Source: Ramazzottius varieornatus (lineage: Eukaryota; Animalia; Tardigrada). Taken from it: DNA of 64,000 nucleotides. The first letter of the stretch is position 1. Every line of letters begins with the position of its first letter. The translations under genes and the position numbers were made by a program. The notes below the pieces were generated by a model. The model was given only the letters and a program-made list of their open reading frames with translations, made no database searches and was not told the origin of the DNA. Location of the stretch: the NCBI GenBank assembly GCA_001949185.1, contig BDGG01000009.1, positions 290,465-354,464 on the forward strand. The letters are read 5' to 3'. This document shows, in pieces, positions 60,042-64,000 of the stretch.

Positions 60042-63000
60042 CTAACTCCATCCGTTACGACGTATTCGGGCAACTTCGTCGTCGTTAAGTTCGGCAAAGT
60101 TATCATAGAACATGGGAGAAGGAGAAAATTCAGCGGGTCTTCCAGGCGGTTTTGCTACCCGCAAAGGTTCCCCCACTTGGAAAGTAGTCATGGCTGGTTG
60201 TAGTCGGAGAAGACGTTCAGACCGTACTCCCTCGTAGCTCGTCTCTTGACTCTACAGTGATACCGAAACACGAAGTTTAAGATTTACGGCTCGAATCTCG
60301 ATTGTTACGCAGCCCAGATGTACGTTCGTTTTGTAAGTGTTGCTTACCGGAGCAGCGGGGGCAGGTCGACGTGGTGCATTAGTTGAGGGTCTGGGTTGTA
60401 CACTACTCCCTGGCAGGTCGTAATCGGCCTCAGGAATATCAGGTTGGGGTGCGGCCCTTGTAGTTATTTCGGTGGTCGTTACTCGTGTGGTTTCGGCAGC
60501 CGGCACCTCATTAGTCCTACCAACGTATGCGTACTGTGGCTGGCTTGGAACCTCCGCTAGTGACGGTCGCGTGATGGATAACACCCCGCTTGAACGTCTT
60601 CGGGTGTTCTTTGGCCTGCAACAGCAAATGTAAATGAACTTGACCTGTGTACGAAGGACGACGGACCACGGAAGTTCAAGAAGTAGAATGATACTCACCG
60701 TCCCCAGAAGACGTAATACAGGATTCCGGTGATGATGATGATGGCGAAAAATACACCGAATACAATCCCGACAATAACTCCAACGCTGAGACCCAGCTCG
60801 TTCGGTGTCTCAGTTGGTGTTACGAGTGTTGGTTGGGTGGCGTTTGTGGTCGGGGACGTCTTCGATGATGATGGTGGCGCGCTGCTCGGACTGTTTGAAG
60901 GACGCGTCGCCGTGTCCGATGTCTCGGTTGTAATCCTGGTGGTAGTGTCGCTGGTAGGCGCACTGGTAACATCCATCGACGTGCTGCTTGTTAAACCAAT
61001 GGTAGTCTCGGTGATCGTCACAGTAGTCTGCACTTGCCGGCAGCGGTACCGGCTGGGTGGTTCTAGTGGTTCATAGCCAGGTCTACACTGACATGTACTG
61101 TTTTCTGTAGAGTTGTTAAAGATGCAAACTGTAGACACAACATCACAGACATCATCCGTTTCGCATGTGTCGAAAACGAGTGTTTTGTTGACTGTCACGT
61201 TGTAGGTTTCATTGTTGAAGACGAAAGCTGGCCATTCCACAATGGCGGTCAGATTTTCGCGCAGAGTTGCGGCGGTATGCCCAGGTTCGACGCTTCGTTC
61301 GCGGATTAAAGTATGTGCGAGTACCGATCCTGGTCGGAAACGAAGTATGAGCACATCGGTGTCGTTTGCAGTTAGGTTTTGAGCAACTAACGTCTGCTTG
61401 ATCTGTGGTACGAACAACAACAGCGGATGAGAATTCATACTGCAAATGAAAAGGTTCGTTAGCTTACGTGATTTGAAAGCGAAGTCGACAGATTCGCAAA
61501 TAAGGACGATGAAGAATCGGATAGCTCCTGCATAAATTCCATTTCAATTTGGTGGACCGTCTCCACCACAACCGCATCTGCAAACGGCAGGTACTCTTAG
61601 GAACCCGACTTTCAACAGAACAGAACCGTTTACTGCCCTGGACAATGATATATGCAAATACTCTCCGCCAGCCCTCAGGCGAGGTATCGTGGGACAATGA
61701 CAACACGAACTACACACACACAATGAAAACCGGATATAGTCCACTTACAATCACTACAGCCTGTCGTGTTCAGCACGGTATCCCAAACGTCTTCGAACTG
61801 CTGGTATGGGCAACGACAGCCACCAGGCCCACCAGAAATTAAACCATCAGGACAGCCACCTACAATTGTCGGTGTTGTACTGTTTAACCAGTGGTTAGTT
61901 CGGTGAAAGCCTCGCCTGGCGACTAAGCAGTGAACTTACTCGGAGGCTCCGTAGTCGGCTCGGTCGTGGCTTCGGTCGTGAGCTCGGTGGTGGTCTCGGT
62001 AGTGGGCTCCGTAGTCGGCTCGCTGGTGGCTTCGGTAGTGAGCTCGGTGGTGGTCTCGGTAGTGGGCTCCGTAGTCGGCTCGCTGGTGGCTTCGGTAGTG
62101 AGCTCGGTGGTGGTCTCGGTAGTGGGCTCCGTAGTCGGCTCGCTGGTGGCTTCGGTAGTGAGCTCGGTGGTGGTCTCGGTAGTGGGCTCCGTAGTCGGCT
62201 CGCTGGTGGCTTCGGTAGTGAGCTCGGTGGTGGTCTCGGTAGTGGGCTCCGTAGTCGGCTCGCTGGTGGCTTCGGTAGTGAGCTCGGTGGTGGTCTCGGT
62301 AGTGGGCTCCGTAGTCGGCTCGCTGGTGGCTTCGGTAGTGAGCTCGGTGGTGGTCTCGGTAGTGGGCTCCGTAGTCGGCTCGCTGGTGGCTTCGGTAGTG
62401 AGCTCGGTGGTGGTCTCGGTAGTGGGCTCCGTAGTCGGCTCGCTGGTGGCTTCGGTAGTGAGCTCGGTGGTGGTCTCGGTAGTGGGCTCCGTAGTCGGCT
62501 CGCTGGTGGCTTCGGTAGTGAGCTCGGTGGTGGTCTCGGTAGTGGGCTCCGTAGTCGGCTCGCTGGTGGCTTCGGTAGTGAGCTCGGTGGTGGTCTCGGT
62601 AGTGGGCTCCGTAGTCGGCTCGCTGGTGGCTTCGGTAGTGAGCTCGGTGGTGGTCTCGGTAGTGGGCTCCGTAGTCGGCTCGCTGGTGGCTTCGGTAGTG
62701 AGCTCGGTGGTGGTCTCGGTAGTGGGCTCCGTAGTCGGCTCGCTGGTGGCTTCGGTAGTGAGCTCGGTGGTGGTCTCGGTAGTGGGCTCCGTGTCGGCTN
62801 NNNNNNNNNNNNNNNNNNNNNNNNNNNNNNNNNNNNNNNNNNNNNNNNNTAGTGAGCTCGGTGGTGGTTTCGGTAGTGGGCTCCGTAGTCGGCTCGCTGG
62901 TGGCTTCGGTAGTGAGCTCGGTGGTGGTTTCGGTAGTGGGCTCCGTAGTCGGCTCGCTGGTGGCTTCGGTAGTGAGCTCGGTGGTGGTCTCGGTAGTGGG

Positions 63001-64000
63001 CTCCGTAGTCGGCTCGCTGGTGGCTTCGGTAGTGAGCTCGGTGGTGGTCTCGGTAGTGGGCTCCGTAGTCGGCTCGCTGGTGGCTTCGGTAGTGAGCTCG
63101 GTGGTGGTTTCGGTAGTGGGCTCCGTAGTCGGCTCGCTGGTGGCTTCGGTAGTGAGCTCGGTGGTGGGCTCGGTGGTGGGCTCGGTGGTAGGCTCGGTGG
63201 TGGCTTCCGTAGTGAGCGCAGTAGTGGCCTGGGTAGTGAGCTCGGTGGTCGGCTCGCTGGTGGCTTCGGTAGTGAGCTCGGTGGTGGTTTCGGTAGTGGG
63301 CTCCGTAGTCGGCTCGCTGGTGGCTTCGGTAGTGAGCTCGGTGGTGGTCTCGGTAGTGGGCTCCGTAGTCGGCTCGCTGGTGGCTTCGGTAGTGAGCTCG
63401 GTGGTGGTTTCGGTAGTGGGCTCCGTAGTCGGCTCGCTGGTGGCTTCGGTAGTGAGCTCGGTGGTGGTTTCGGTAGTGGGCTCCGTAGTCGGCTCGCTGG
63501 TGGCTTCGGTAGTGAGCTCGGTGGTGGTCTCGGTAGTGGGCTCCGTAGTCGGCTCGCTGGTGGCTTCGGTAGTGAGCTCGGTGGTGGTCTCGGTAGTGGG
63601 CTCCGTAGTCGGCTCGCTGGTGGCTTCGGTAGTGAGCTCGGTGGTGGTCTCGGTAGTGGGCTCCGTAGTCGGCTCGCTGGTGGCTTCGGTAGTGAGCTCG
63701 GTGGTGGTCTCGGTAGTGGACTCCGTAGTCGGCTCGCTGGTGGCTTCGGTAGTGAGCTCGGTGGTGGTCTCGGTAGTGGACTCCGTAGTCGGCTCGCTGG
63801 TGGCTTCGGTAGTGAGCTCGGTGGTGGTCTCGGTAGTGGACTCCGTAGTCGGCTCGCTGGTGGCTTCGGTAGTGAGCTCGGTGGTGGTCTCGGTAGTGGG
63901 CTCCGTAGTCGGCTCGCTGGTGGCTTCGGTAGTGAGCTCGGTGGTGGTCTCGGTAGTGGGCTCCGTAGTCGGCTCGCTGGTGGCTTCGGTAGTGAGCTCG
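60042..64000 (-). CDS. Transmembrane mucin: Thr/Glu/Pro tandem repeats, SEA domain, EGF-like domain, S/T stalk, TM, cytoplasmic tail (5' end outside window)
   Basis: SEA motif FRPGSV, EGF C..CQCRPGY..C, TM VGVIVGIVFGVFFAIIIITGILYYVF, and an open repeat frame encoding TTEATSEPTTEPTTETTTEL. Confidence 0.8.
61945..64000 (-). repeat. 60-bp coding tandem repeat (5 x 12-bp subunits) with internal N gap at ~62800-62849
   Basis: Unit agctcggtggtggtctcggtagtgggctccgtagtcggctcgctggtggcttcggtagtg repeated about 30 times. Confidence 0.98.

Noticed and set aside
62791-62799. Apparent 1-bp deletion (frameshift) in the mucin repeat
   Set aside because: It is immediately adjacent to the N gap and most likely a contig-end error.

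Overview
Gene-dense eukaryotic (protostome invertebrate) genomic DNA with many ~55-70 bp introns. The gene density, short introns and gene content would fit a compact tardigrade-type genome, but that is an inference. About 19 protein-coding genes were reconstructed by eye. In order: TRH-receptor-like GPCR, ApoD-like lipocalin, atypical H-NOX soluble guanylate cyclase, CCDC157-like, GPI-type alpha-carbonic anhydrase, C2+IPT protein, ACSF2, secreted Gly-rich protein, CYP2-clan P450, Cys-rich TM protein, BTB-BACK protein, DHRS4, masquerade-like protease homolog, two tandem divergent Shaker-type Kv channels, an ALF-like secreted protein, BCKDHA, corazonin-receptor-like GPCR, and a SEA/EGF mucin with a 60-bp coding tandem repeat. 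There are also several MITEs, fold-backs and a DIRS recombinase relic. The most striking unexplained structure is a dispersed ~110-bp palindromic element, GGCAAAC..GATCG..AAGTGGCGCA-N27-TGCGCCACTT..CGATC..GTTTGCC. It occurs about 28 times, nearly always once per intron and often as a double-core version. Its spacer sequence has diverged heavily while the 27-bp spacing is kept. Exon boundaries and repeat coordinates were read manually and may be off by a few bases.
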